Shown: in pieces, positions 49,847-61,270 of the stretch
Position numbering within the stretch: position 1 is the stretch's first letter
Layout of the letters: each line of letters opens with the position of its first letter
IMG/VR virus record: IMGVR_UViG_3300020583_000224
Span: 1 to 64,000 of that record
From: a virus
Length of the DNA stretch: 64,000 bases
Reading direction: 5' to 3' (one strand)
Position numbers and translations under genes: made by a program
The notes under the pieces: model-generated
The model's database searches: none
Told to the model about the DNA's origin: nothing
Seen by the model: only the letters and a program-made list of their open reading frames with translations

Positions 49847-52282
49847 CGCCGTCTCCAGATGATGTCCGCGGGTCCGACGACGGACCCGACGCAGTACTTC
49901 GTTGCCGCCCGGCGCCGACGCATCGACCGGTTGACCTCTTGCAGCAGTTCGTCGGCCTGCTGGATCTTCTCGTAGGTCTGCTTCGTGTGCCCGAGTTCGC
50001 GCAGGATCGACCGGTAGTTGTCGGGCAGGTCGGCCCACGGGGTGGCGGGCAGCGAGCGGCGGGTCATCCGCGCATCCATGGCGGACAGGTGTGCGGACGC
50101 CCGTGGATGATCGTGCCGTCCACCTTGCGGCAGCCGTCCAAGAACCGGCCCGGCTTCGGCTGCGGCGTGGGTGTCAGTGCCGTGGCGTACCCTTCGGCCG
50201 CCCTGGCGAGGTTCGCGTTGATCACACGCACGACCTCCTCGCCGCCGGGAAGCGCTTCAAGCACGTCCATTAAGCCTTCGACGTGCGCCGGGACCGGGTC
50301 GCCGGGCAGCGCCCCTAGCACGCCGATCGGCCACGTGGCGGGGATCGTGGCCTCGCCGTACAGCATGAGGTCGGTTTGCGCGTCCGCGATGGCGCGCTGC
50401 ACGGGGGTCATGCCAGCACTCAGTTTCGCGCTCAGTTCGGCCAGTGTCGGCCCCGGTTTCGCATGCTGCCCGGCTGCGGCGATCCGTGCGTCCCGCTGCG
50501 TGTCGGGATGCTCGCGGAGCATCTGGCGGCCCTTGTCGGCGACTTCGAGGTCGCCGCGGCAGCCGCATCCGCAGCCGCTGATCACGCGTCGCCTGTCGAG
50601 CCGCCGGATCTTCGCGAGGATCAGATTCTCCGGGATCTGCGCATAGTCGTCGGGCGTCCCGCCGATGCGGTTCCAGTCGCTGGCGAGGTAGGCGGCCACG
50701 TCCCAGCGGGTGGCCCAGTAGGCGGGTTCGCCGGTTGAGGTGGGGCGGGCGTGGCGGCAGGCTTCGATGGCTTCAAGGAACAGCAGGTCGGGGATGTCGG
50801 AGCACTTGCGGTAGACCGGCACGGTGCCGACTGCGGGCTTCCACTGGGTTTCCAGGTGCCAGATCCACCGCTGGTGTTGCGGGGCGTCGTCGAGCGCGAC
50901 CCGGATGATGAAGACATCGGCGTGCGGGAGGATGCCGCGCACGTATCCTTCGATCGGCTTGCTGGTGGGGAGTATGGATGCGACGCGCTGGCCGACGGTG
51001 AATCTCGGTTCAGGCATCGCGGTCTCCTGGGTGGGCGTGTTCGCAGCCCGGGTCCTGGCAGGCGTGGAGGCCGTGCGCGGGCGCGTAGACCATGGGGAGC
51101 CCGTCGGCGGGACACGCGCAGGCCTCGTCGGCCGGTTCGACGCTCCAGCCGTCGGCAGTGTGGACCGGGGCGTAGCGTCCCCGCTCGGTGGCGGTGAACG
51201 GTTCGGCAAGCGGGAAGCGGTGTTCGCGGTCAGGCATTGAGTCCCCAGAGTGGTGAGTAGGTTGTGCGTTGGGCGATCAGCCCGCTGCGGTAGTACGCGG
51301 CGAAGCTGTCCACGACCGGCGGCGGCTTGAGCGTCTCGGGCATGTCTCGGAGCACCGCAGCCAGCGTCTCGCTGAGCACCTCGACGTCTTCCGTGGTGCC
51401 GTCGTCGTACACGCGCCGCAGGTGCCGCGCGGGAACGTCGTCGTCCTCGATGACGGGAATGCCGAGCAGTGGCGGCGGTTCCCCCGGCTCACGCTTGTTC
51501 GGCTGCAGCTTCAGGGTCAGGTACTGCAGCACGGTCGCGTCGCAGCGCAACTCGCGCAGGAACGGGCCGTGCTCCTCACGCATGCGGTCCATGGCGGCCT
51601 GGAGGTCGAGGACGTTCTGCCAGACGTCGCCAGGGGCTGGGTCAGTCATCGTCTTCGCCCTCCGCCTCGTCGAGGAACGGCCCTTCCGCAGTCTCGACGA
51701 TGATGTTCAACAACGGGCCCTCGTTCGGGTGCGGCTCACCGTACGGCCACGCGACCGAGCCGTACGACATGACGGTCCACGACCGTGCGATCACGACGTA
51801 GTTGCCGGTCAGGTCTTCCTCGTTCGGCGCGTGCTGATGGTTGAGGTAGATCAGGTCTCCGACGACGGGAGGGTGCGGCGTGGCAAGTCGCCCAGGATCC
51901 CATCCGCCGACCCAGACCATGTCGTAGCGGTAGGTCGGGGCGTCGGTGACTTTCGTTCGGCGATAGAAGCCGCACCGGACTTCGGCGGGGGCGGTCTTGC
52001 TCATGCGCTGTCGCCGCCGTTCTCGGCCGGGCATCCGAGCCAGGGGCAGTGCACCAGCTTCAGTTCGATGTGCGTCGGCCCGGTCGCGGGGGACGTCGGA
52101 TGGAAGTAAGCGGACGTGTCGCACCTGGCGCTCTCCAGGCCATACCAATGGCCGTTGAGTGTGACGCAGTTGCCTGCGGTCAGGCCGGTGAGGTCGATGT
52201 CGTGGTGAGCGCCCAGGTGCTCGGCGGCGATGGCGTGCGGTGGGGGCATCGTGGTTTCGGGCACGGGTCCAGTGTCCACCAA
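49843..52282 (-). other. six hypothetical ORFs (49843-50067, 50064-51017, 51010-51237, 51230-51649, 51642-52004, 52001-52282)
   Basis: overlap-coupled leftward operon. Confidence 0.55.
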
Positions 52283-52357
52283 ATGGTCCTACTGGCATGC
52301 CTTTTGCGGCCACGCCGTGGCCTGCGGTTTTCCAGCAACCTTTAACAGGCCGCCGTC

Positions 52358-52497
52358 GAATTCAAGGTTGGGCGCGTTTCCTTGAATTCCGCAGGTCGGG
52401 CCGCTGCCGCCTGACGGTTCCTGACGAAAGCTGACGGTCTCGGACAGCGCCGGACAGTCTCGGACACCCGTCCGGGTTTCCTGCTCACGGACAGTCT
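52358..52497. repeat. inverted repeat plus a 10-bp-phased hexamer array
   Basis: GAATTCAAGG/CCTTGAATTC; CTGACG at 52411/21/31 and CGGACA at 52441/51/61. Confidence 0.75.
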
Positions 52498-52667
52498 GGC
52501 GGCGCGCTGCGGGTAGCGTGGAAGCGTTCCGGTCGTCCTTCTCGGGCACGCGCTGGAGCAGGTCGAGGTTGCCTGGTACTCCGACACGCACGCAAGCGGT
52601 CCCTCCGGCAAGAGGGGCCGCTTCGCCGTACCGGACAACCGTGCGTGGTGCGACGTCTTAGAGGGGT

Positions 52668-52877
52668 ATGGACGAACTTCGCACGCAGTTCCACGACGCT
52701 CGCCGCGCCATGATCGACGCGTTCATCGATCTTCTTACGCTCGCGCATGAGGCAGGCGTCGCCTGGGACGTCCAATCGCAGATCCAAGGCCAGTTCTGGG
52801 ACGGCAACGTCGAACTCAAGGACGCATTCGAGGCGACCAACTTCGCCGCCAAGTTTGGGCTCTGGCGACGGCCCTAA
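52668..52877 (+). CDS. small hypothetical protein
   Basis: GAGGGG RBS. Confidence 0.55.
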   Translation: MDELRTQFHDARRAMIDAFIDLLTLAHEAGVAWDVQSQIQGQFWDGNVELKDAFEATNFAAKFGLWRRP

Positions 52878-53386
52878 GCCGCGATTCGCTGCAACACGAC
52901 GGTCGGCGGGTCCTCGGCATGGCTGGCCACTGACGCGGCGCCGATCGACAGCGACGCCCACACCCGCTTGCCGTGACCGACGGGTTCCGTACCCCAATCG
53001 GCTGCGAGCGCGTCCACGAGCAGCAGGCCGCGACCGCCCAGTTCGTCGTCGGTGGCTTCGCGCTGCTCGGGCATGTGCTCGCCTCCGTCCTCGACCTCGA
53101 TGAACAGCAGTCCGCCATCCGCCTCACGGTCCGTGTAGATGGCGAGCAGCGCGGGCTCGTCACCGTGCTCCACAGCGTTCGTCACCAGTTCGGACATGAT
53201 GATGTCCGCCGAGTCGGCGAGATACCCCAAGCCCCATTCGGCGAGCGCGTCGTCAAGGATCCGACGGGCCTGCCGCGGCGCCGTCAACGTCAACGCCAGG
53301 CCGGTCGTGCGGCGTTCGCTGATCGTGCCGTGCTCGCCCGTGATGATGTGCATCCCGGCGTTCGGCGAGGAGTAGTAGCGGCTCAC
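52874..53386 (-). CDS. HATPase_c (anti-sigma/RsbW-like) ATP-binding protein
   Basis: SELVTNAVEH, IEVED, GRGLLLVDALA..WG, GKRVW. Confidence 0.9.
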   Translation of the reverse strand: MSRYYSSPNAGMHIITGEHGTISERRTTGLALTLTAPRQARRILDDALAEWGLGYLADSADIIMSELVTNAVEHGDEPALLAIYTDREADGGLLFIEVEDGGEHMPEQREATDDELGGRGLLLVDALAADWGTEPVGHGKRVWASLSIGAASVASHAEDPPTVVLQRIAA

Positions 53387-53637
53387 CGGGTCGCCGCCGC
53401 GAGTAACTCGGTGACACGTGCGATGTCGTCTCGGACAAGCGGCGCGACCAGGCCGCCCGTGGACGGGTCCGCGTCGGCGAGGAGCACGGTCTGCAACGCC
53501 GCGAGGGCGGTGCACGCTATTTCGCGGCAGAGTTCCGCAGTGTCGCTGCCGAGGCTGAACGTACGCAGGCGTTCGGATGCGTCGGCCAGGTCCCGCCGCA
53601 GGTTCGTGTAGCCGGGCGGGGCTTGGGTCGCGCGCAT
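53383..53637 (-). CDS. hypothetical protein
   Basis: coupled to the HATPase gene. Confidence 0.55.
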   Translation of the reverse strand: MRATQAPPGYTNLRRDLADASERLRTFSLGSDTAELCREIACTALAALQTVLLADADPSTGGLVAPLVRDDIARVTELLAAATR

Positions 53638-53844
53638 GGCGTCTCGTTTCGGCTGGCTGCTGTTGTTCCTTCGAGGAAACCGCTTGATCGGTGATGCGGC
53701 AATCGTTGGAGAAGCCCGCGCGTGTGTGAATCAGGGTGTGCGAATCGGCGCCCTGTGTATCGATGCAGTGAATCGGCTGTCGACGTGCAGGTCGGGCGCT
53801 TAGACTCCCGTGCATAAGGCCCCGGCTGAGGGAGTGTCAGCGTC

Positions 53845-55206
53845 ATGGCGCACAGCACGGCACCGAACGAGAAGCTAGCGGCGGTCCTCGTCGAAACGGG
53901 GTTCAGCGCGGCCGGTCTCGCCCGGCGCGTGAAGGATCTCGCCAAGCACGAAGGCAAGCCGGCGCCGCATGCCGACCACACCTCCGTCGCCCGCTGGCTC
54001 GCCGGGCAGCGCCCCCGTGCAGCTACGGCCTCTCTGATCGCCGGGGTGTTCACGCAGGCGCTCGGCCGCCGCATCACCGAAACCGACCTCGGATTCGCCG
54101 CGGCGCCGCCGGACCCGGACGCGGCACTCACCTACCAACCCGACCTCGCGGCGACCCTGGCGGCGAGCACCGACCTGACCGGGAGCGACACGCACGTGCA
54201 CCGACGTAGGTTCCTGACTGCCGCTGCGGCGACCGCGACCGTGTTCGCGGTGCCCGCGATCCGCTACCTGACGGCTCCCGACGCGCCGCCGCCCGTGCAG
54301 GCGGCCGGGCGCACGGTGGGCATGGAGGAGGCCGCGGCGGTACGTGTCGTCACCAACACTTTCCGCAAGCTCGACAACCAGTTCGGCGGCGCCCACGGCC
54401 GCACCTCGATCGTCGCCTACCTGCGGGACGAGGCGATGCCGCTGCTCAAGCACGGCTCGTATACGGCAGTCGTGGGGGCGGCCCTGTTCAGCGCCGTGTC
54501 GGAACTGATGCTGCTCGCCGGGTGGATGGCGTTCGACCTCGAACAGCATCCGGTGGCGATGCGCTATCTGATCCAGGCGCTCAAGCTGTCCGAGGTCGCG
54601 GGGGACAGACCGCTCGGCGCGGAGATCCTGAACGGCATGTCGCATCAGGCCGCGTACCTCCGCCAAGGCGCGGAGGCGGTCGATATGGCGCGTGCGGCGG
54701 CGCAGGTGGCACGCAGGGCCGGGCAGCCTGTCCTGGTGGCTGAGTCGCTCGCGTCGGAGGCTGGCGGGCATGCTCTGGCCGCCGCGCCCCGCTCGGCTGC
54801 GGTGGCGCTCCTCGGCGCGGAGGATGCGCTCGCCAAGGCGGACCGGGTGCAGGCGCCGGACTGGCTCGGGTTCTTCGACGAGAAGTACCTGCACGCCCGC
54901 ACCGGCCGCGTCCTGCTCGACGCCAAAGACCCGAAGGCCGCAGCGAACGCGATGACTGCGGCGCTCGTGATGAAACCCGGCTTCGACCGGGGCAAGGTGT
55001 TCAACCTCGCGGTGCTCGCCCAAGCCCAGGTGCACGCCGGGGACGTGGATCGCGGCTGCGTGACCGCGGCAACTGCAGCGAAGGCTGCTGCGACGGTGAA
55101 CTCGAAGCGCGCTGTGCGCGAGCTCGCGGCCGTCGCCCGGAGCCTCGAGCCGTACCGGTCCTCGGAGCCGGCACGGAACGCGCTCGCGCTGCTGCCCGCT
55201 ATTTGA
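53845..55206 (+). CDS. HTH plus TPR-like regulator (NsdA-like actinomycete family)
   Basis: PNEKLAAVL...SVARWLAGQRP; LDNQFGG; LAGWMAFD helical repeats. Confidence 0.8.
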   Translation: MAHSTAPNEKLAAVLVETGFSAAGLARRVKDLAKHEGKPAPHADHTSVARWLAGQRPRAATASLIAGVFTQALGRRITETDLGFAAAPPDPDAALTYQPDLAATLAASTDLTGSDTHVHRRRFLTAAAATATVFAVPAIRYLTAPDAPPPVQAAGRTVGMEEAAAVRVVTNTFRKLDNQFGGAHGRTSIVAYLRDEAMPLLKHGSYTAVVGAALFSAVSELMLLAGWMAFDLEQHPVAMRYLIQALKLSEVAGDRPLGAEILNGMSHQAAYLRQGAEAVDMARAAAQVARRAGQPVLVAESLASEAGGHALAAAPRSAAVALLGAEDALAKADRVQAPDWLGFFDEKYLHARTGRVLLDAKDPKAAANAMTAALVMKPGFDRGKVFNLAVLAQAQVHAGDVDRGCVTAATAAKAAATVNSKRAVRELAAVARSLEPYRSSEPARNALALLPAI

Positions 55207-55753
55207 CCCCCAGCCGGTCGCGCGCGGCCAGTAGGCCGACGACTGAGGCCGCCCCGAGCACGGTGCCCAGGATGAGCGCGGGAACGTCGGAGAGCGGCAT
55301 CCAGCGGGTTTCCTGCGTCTCGTTGATGTCGAGCACGTCCGAGACCTTCACGGGGCCCTGGCCGAGGTAGACGTGGTTGAGCGCATCGGCGTTCCCGGTC
55401 ATCGGCTGGAACGAGCAGAGGCACTCGACGCGGCTGGGCCGCCAGCCGGTTTCTTCCTCGGCTTCGCGAGCGGCGCACTCGGCGGGGTCTTCGCCTTCGT
55501 CCACATATCCACCGGGCAGTTCCCAGACCCACAGGCTGGGGATGAACCTATGGCGCCGGAGCATCAGCGCTCGCTGCTGGTCGTCCACGAGGACGCACAT
55601 CGCGGCCGGCGCGACACGCAGCACGGCCTGTTCGAACTCGACGCCGTCCGGCAACGTCACGTGGGCGATCGACAGGGCGGTGCGCTTCGTGGTCGCGAGG
55701 GTCGGCAGGTCGAGGGGGCGTTCTTCGACGGTCCAGCGGGTGTCGTTGGTCAC
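55199..55753 (-). CDS. NUDIX hydrolase (ADP-ribose pyrophosphatase-like)
   Basis: WELPGGYVDEGEDPAECAAREAEEETG. Confidence 0.9.
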   Translation of the reverse strand: MTNDTRWTVEERPLDLPTLATTKRTALSIAHVTLPDGVEFEQAVLRVAPAAMCVLVDDQQRALMLRRHRFIPSLWVWELPGGYVDEGEDPAECAAREAEEETGWRPSRVECLCSFQPMTGNADALNHVYLGQGPVKVSDVLDINETQETRWMPLSDVPALILGTVLGAASVVGLLAARDRLGVK

Positions 55754-55786
55754 CCGCCGAACCTTAGCGAACCGCGCCAGGCGCGA

Positions 55787-55936
55787 TCAGAGGGACGAGT
55801 TGAACGCGGCCACGACGACCTTGGCACCGGTCGGCCGCAGTCGGTCGAGGATCCCGGGCGCGGCGACGCGGCCGAGCGGGGCAGTACGCACGTCGGTGAG
55901 CGTGGATGTCATGACGGTGTCGGCGGGCTCGTTCAC
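55787..55936 (-). CDS. FxSxx-COOH (FxsA-like) RiPP precursor peptide, 49 aa
   Basis: AGGAGA RBS, GTG start, LTDVRTAPL leader, ends VAAFNSSL-stop. Confidence 0.75.
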   Translation of the reverse strand: MNEPADTVMTSTLTDVRTAPLGRVAAPGILDRLRPTGAKVVVAAFNSSL

Positions 55937-55999
55937 GGGGTCTCCTGGCTGGTTCGGGCCGGCGCTGCTTAACGCCAAGGATACGGCCATCGGTGCTGG

Positions 56000-56428
56000 T
56001 TACGTGCGGTTTCTGGTCTGCCACCCCTCGTCGCGGGTCCAGACGGCGCGCTTGCCATACGGCGCCAGCAGTTGCTCCAGGATGTCATCCGCGACCTGCC
56101 TAGCGTCCGGGGAATAGACGCCGGAATCGATCTTCTGCCATAGCGCGAGCAGCGCACGCTTGGCCGCGACGTCGGCGAACACGAACCCAGGATCGTTCGC
56201 AACGACATGGTTGGCGATCGCATCGCCGAGGAAGCCATGCGGGCCGACGGCGAGAGTCGCCTCCTCGCAGGAGACGTACTCGCCGTCGACGCTGCGCCAG
56301 TGCGTACCGTCCACGTCGTGGCGGGGCCTGGCGTCGGCCGCAGCGGCTACAGCGAGCAGTTGGCGGTCGTCCAGGCGCGCGGTGATGAACGCGACGATGC
56401 TGGGTGGTTCGACGGGAGAAGTCGTCAT
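56000..56428 (-). CDS. DUF6221-family protein (second copy)
   Basis: FITARLDD...NDPGFVFADVAAKR. Confidence 0.7.
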   Translation of the reverse strand: MTTSPVEPPSIVAFITARLDDRQLLAVAAAADARPRHDVDGTHWRSVDGEYVSCEEATLAVGPHGFLGDAIANHVVANDPGFVFADVAAKRALLALWQKIDSGVYSPDARQVADDILEQLLAPYGKRAVWTRDEGWQTRNRT

Positions 56429-59400
56429 GGCCGCAGTGTCCCACCGTGCGCGTCCAGCCTGTCCGCGATAGCCCGCGCGGTCCGCAGGTCGATGCAGACG
56501 GTCGTGTCGTCCCGGGCGCCGCGGCACTTCTCCTGCACGTACGCGACGAACGCGGCGACATCGTCCTCCTCGCGGCAGTCGCATTCGGGATGGTTGCAGT
56601 ACCAGCCGCCAGCGGTGTCGCGTTCTTCGACGGTCTCGAGGATGAGCGGCTGCGTGACGAAACTGACCGTCTGCGCCTCAACCAGTGCGGCGGCCACGGC
56701 GTTCATCGGGCACGCCTCGGTGCAGTCGCTCTCGAGGTGCGGTTCCTGGCCGATCGCGAAATGGTAGAGGCCCGTGACGGGCGCGGTGAAGCGCTCAGGC
56801 ATCGCCGGTCCTTTGCGGTTCGCTGTCGGGGTACGCGAGGGCGGCCAGCCAGTCGTCGGCCATCAGCCCCGCATGGAGCCCGGCTTCGGGCGTCGGTCGC
56901 CCAGCGTCCGGGCCGTACGTGGCGATCAGGTCGACGATCGGGCCCGTGTCGAACAGCGGGTGGTCCGCGGGGATCGGGCCGATAGCTACCGGGCGGTAAG
57001 GCGACGCGTCGTCAGGCACGGGGCGACTCGATTCTGAGAGTCAGGGATTCCTGGCGTTCGAACGCTTCGCGTGCCCAGTGTCCCCGCTCGCGTTCGCCGC
57101 GGCGCGCTTCGATCAGTTCTTGCACGTACTCCTCGACACGATGGGCGCCGTGGATGTGCTCGTGGATCTCGCCGCCCGGGTGCCCGAACGCTTCGATGGC
57201 GATATCCGGGTAGCGCGAGAACGCGGCCCTGCACTCGCTCTCGGTGCCCTCGTAGGTCCAGACGCATGTCCGGAGCGGGCACTGCCATTGGAACCGGTCG
57301 TCAGGCATCAGCGTGCTCCTTCGCCGCGGTCTCGGACTCGTGGCACGGCGCGCAGATCGGCATTGACCGCGTCCCGCCCGACGGCAGCTTGTAGACGAGC
57401 CGCGTCGTGGCGCGGGCCTGGCAGCGGTGATCAGGATCGGCGCCGCAGATATGGGCGCACGTGTCGCCCTGGCTCGGCCAGTTCGCGTCCGATTCGCTGA
57501 GCGGGTCGCCCCAATCCAGTTGGCCTACGCTCGCGCCGTATTCCGCCCGAGACGGCGACGGGTACACCGCCCTGTCCATGCTGGCGATAATGCCGTCGAA
57601 TCCGGGGCGCCGGTTCGCTTCGTCGAGGATGCCCTCCATCGCGGCATAGTCGGCGAACGACACGCCCGCGGTCGCTGTGCGCAGCCACAAGATCGCGGCC
57701 TCGACGTGTGCCGAAGCCAGCGCCCGCAACTCCTCGTATCGGCGCGACGGCACGAACTCGGTCCGCCACCCGCACGGGCAATGACCGCGGATCTCCCGGG
57801 TGGCCTCGTCCATCTGCATGTGGTCCGCGCATTGGAGCGCTGGCCCGCTGCCGGTTTCGAGGACCCGGATCGGCTGGTCGTCTGCAGGGTCGGCTGGCCA
57901 GAGGATCGTGCCTGCGGGCATCAGGTCGGGGTGTTCGAGCAGCGCGGCGCGGACATGACACCGCAGCAGTATTTCGTCGGGTTCGGCGCCCTCGGACCAG
58001 CCTATGCGGCGCCTGAAGTGCGCGGGCTCGCCCCTGCTGCGTGTCGGCAGGGTGATGCCGTACTCGGTTATCCGGTACAGGATCGACTGGAGGGGCGTCC
58101 AATTGCCGAGGTCTAGCGGCGATATGCAGACGACGGCCTCGAGCGGCTTCGCGACGTGCCAGGCGGTGGCGAGCTCGTCCGTGTAGATGACCTGCCCGGC
58201 GGAAGGTCCGTCGACCAGGATCACGGGAACGCCGACCGGCCTAGGCATGTCCGGCCGCCCTCGGGTGATCCGGATGCAGCCGAGGCCAATACTGCGACAC
58301 GGGGATGCCGTGGCCGCGCAGGTGCGACTGGGTCAGCGTCATCACCTCGGCGACCGTGCCGCCCATGTGCAGGCCGCCGCACGAGCAGTCGATGCCGAAC
58401 AGCACCGGCTCGCTGGACGCGAGGCTGCGGAAGTCGAGGTGCGGGGTGACGGTGAGCGTGTGGTTGCGGCACTCACGGCGGATCGCGTCTTCATCGGTGA
58501 GCAGGTCAGGCATCGTCACTCCGTCGGCGGCGGTAGGAGTTGGTCCAGCGTGGGCACCACGATCGGCTCGACCCGCCATCCTTCGGCCGCGAGCAGGTCG
58601 AGGAACAGGCCCGCGCCGTGATCGCTGGAGATGACGCCGTGAAGGCGCCGGTTCCAATCGTCCAGCACGCACGCGACCGTGTACGCGGGGCCGTCGAGTT
58701 CCGCAAGGTCGCTGCGACGGAGGGCGTCGAGGTCTTCGTGCTCGTCCTCACTCATTGCCGCCGCCTTCCGTTCCTGCGCTGTCGAGCGTGTCGTTGCTGA
58801 TCCAGCTATACCCGCAACGACCGCAGCCCCGGTGGAAGTGATTCCGATCCTGCCCGGAGCACATTCCATGACGGAGGCTGTAGCCGCCGTCACACCAGCG
58901 CATCGTCGTGTCGGACTCGCCGCACTTCGGGCACGCCAGGATCGGCACGCGCGGCGGGGTGTCCTGTGGTTCTTGGGTCGCCATGCCGAGTCCGGGTCGG
59001 AGCAGCACTTCGGGGACAGACAGTTCGCTTACCGTCGTGTCGCCAGACACGTAGCCGCCCTTGGTCTTACCGTCGCCCATCGCCGTCTCCGATCGGTTCG
59101 AGTTCGATGGTCGCCTCAAGGGGCCTGTCCGACCAGGCGGCGAGAAGGGTGTGCAGAACAGCACCCCGTTCGGCCTCCCGGGTCTCTCCGTCCACGTAGT
59201 TGCCTGTGGCGTCGTACCACTTCACGACCGCTCGCACTCGGGCGTCGCGCGTATCGCCACCCCCGCGCTTGACCACGGCCGTGCGGCCTGTGGCCAGGTC
59301 GAGGACGCCGATGTTGTCTGCGCTGACCGCGAAAGCCGTGCTGGGCGGTACGCGGTTGTCCTCGTGGATCAGGCGCGCCCATTCGGGACCAGCCTCGGCC

Positions 59401-60273
59401 GCGAGCGCTTCCTCGGCGAGTACGCATGCGGCTTCGTCGCGCAGTTCGTTGTACCGGTTGAGGATGTCGGCGAGGCAGCGCCGCACTGACCCGGTCGCGG
59501 AGTGCACGATCCCGGCCTGCTCGTCGAGGATCGCGGCGAGTTCGGGCGGGACGGTTTCAGCAGTGAAGGGCACGCGTCCAGTATGAGGCTCGCGGCGGTC
59601 GGGCAATCAGCCATTCGTCGCAGTGTCGTCGGCCGCGAGCCCGGCGAGCAGTTCGTACGTCCAGCACGGCCAGCCGCCCCACTTCTCGCCGTCTTCGGCC
59701 TGGAACTCGCACGCTTCGCAGTAGACGCCGGGCATGCGGATCGCCCAACCGCCGCCCGAATCGAGCCGGGGTTCGTGGCCGCCCAGCACTTCGTATGCGG
59801 GCTCGTTCGCGCGGTAGTGCTCGCGCAGCCGCACCCACTCGGCGTGGGCTTGCTCGAACTTGACCTTGAGTACGGCGAGCCGTTCGAGGCGCTGCTGCTC
59901 CAGGCGCTGGCGCCGACGCCACGATTCGCGGCCCTGCTCGGTGAGGTGATCGGGCGGCTCGCTGGCCGTGGCCGACTCAGTCACCGGCCTGCTCGCACTC
60001 GGGCACCGACGCGTGGTGATACAGCCGTTCCCCGGCCGCGCCGAGCATGCTGGCGAGGTCGCGTGCGGACGCGCCCGGGTTGGCGTTGAACACGTTGGTC
60101 GCGAACGCTGCCGCGCGCAGCAGCACCGCGCCGATCTGCTCGGCGGGGATGCCTTCGAGGTCGCGGCGGAAATCACCGGCGTTCTGCTTGGCTTGCTTGC
60201 GCATCGCCGGGGTCGCGGCGCCCAAGCGCTGGCGGATCGCGGCGGCGTACTGGTCGAGTTCTGGGCTGTTCAC
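56425..60273 (-). other. ten hypothetical ORFs (56425-56802, 56795-57019, 57012-57308, 57301-58248, 58241-58513, 58516-58755, 58748-59080, 59067-59606, 59607-59984, 59977-60273)
   Basis: overlap-coupled; several are Cys/His-rich. Confidence 0.55.
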
Positions 60274-60856
60274 GCGGCCATCATCTCGCAGCGCAAATGG
60301 ACTGCAATGTGGACCATTTATCCGACTGGCACGCTCCGGGCCGCCGCAAGCCGGGCCTGTGCGGCTTCGGTGAGCGCCCGGTCGGCCGCAGCGCGGTCGG
60401 TCTGCGTCCGCCACCACGGGTGCGCCTGGATTGCCTTGCCGAGGTTGATGCGCCGGGCGAACGCCTCGTGGGACGCGGCGGCCTGCTCGTCGGCGACCGG
60501 CGCGAGTCCGTCCCGGATGAGAGCGACGATCTGCTCTCCGCTGGGGAAGTCGGCGTGGATCCGCTCGTAGTCGGCGTCGGCCTCGAGGTAGCGCGCCTTA
60601 AGGTCGATCAGGCCAGGTGGCGGCGGTGTCGCGGTAATGGGAACCCCCGGGGTTTGGATGTAGTGGTGCGCGCCATGATGCCAGCGGCCACCGACAATTC
60701 CGGGGGAGGCGGGCAGTCCCACCGCTTTTGCAGGGAACAACGCGCACTGATCAGCGTTGGACCGCGACGAGACTGCCCAGGCCGATCGTACGGGAGGCTG
60801 ACGGGCCGTCACAAAAGCGCTAGCGTGACCCTCACGAATCGCGGGAGGAGACGGCA

Positions 60857-61270
60857 GTGAGCGACAGCGGCAGCATGCGAGGCGGCCGGGAGGTGCGGCC
60901 GTTCATCGAATCGATCTCCGGCCCGATGCCCGACACCGCCGAGTACAGTGCGATCAAGAACGGGCGCGAACGGCAGTCCAAGTCGTTCCCCGGCGCCGGC
61001 AGCGTCCGGTTCGTCGCCTACCTGTGGCGGGAGATCCAGAAGTACGCGATCATCCGGTCGCTCGAAACCGGCTTCGACGTTCCGAAACAGCACCGGCGGT
61101 TCGTCGTGGAAGGCTTCGAGGACTACGAGACCGCAGTGTCCAACTACGGGCTGGCCGTCGGCTGGCTTGTCGAACTCGTCGAACTGCACGGGCACGGCCT
61201 GTTCGATGAGGAGACGCTCGCGCAGATGGTCGACTCGCTGACGCCCGATGCTGAGGCCGATCCGCGTTAG
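60857..61270 (+). CDS. hypothetical protein opposite to the operon
   Basis: GGAGGAG RBS, high GC3. Confidence 0.55.
   Translation: MSDSGSMRGGREVRPFIESISGPMPDTAEYSAIKNGRERQSKSFPGAGSVRFVAYLWREIQKYAIIRSLETGFDVPKQHRRFVVEGFEDYETAVSNYGLAVGWLVELVELHGHGLFDEETLAQMVDSLTPDAEADPR

Noticed and set aside
52411-52497. CRISPR array
   Set aside because: The 10-bp period and 6-bp units do not fit repeat-spacer geometry.
54199-54260. Tat signal (HRRRFL) implying secretion of the regulator
   Set aside because: The motif is internal, after an HTH domain, so it cannot act as an N-terminal export signal in the full-length protein.
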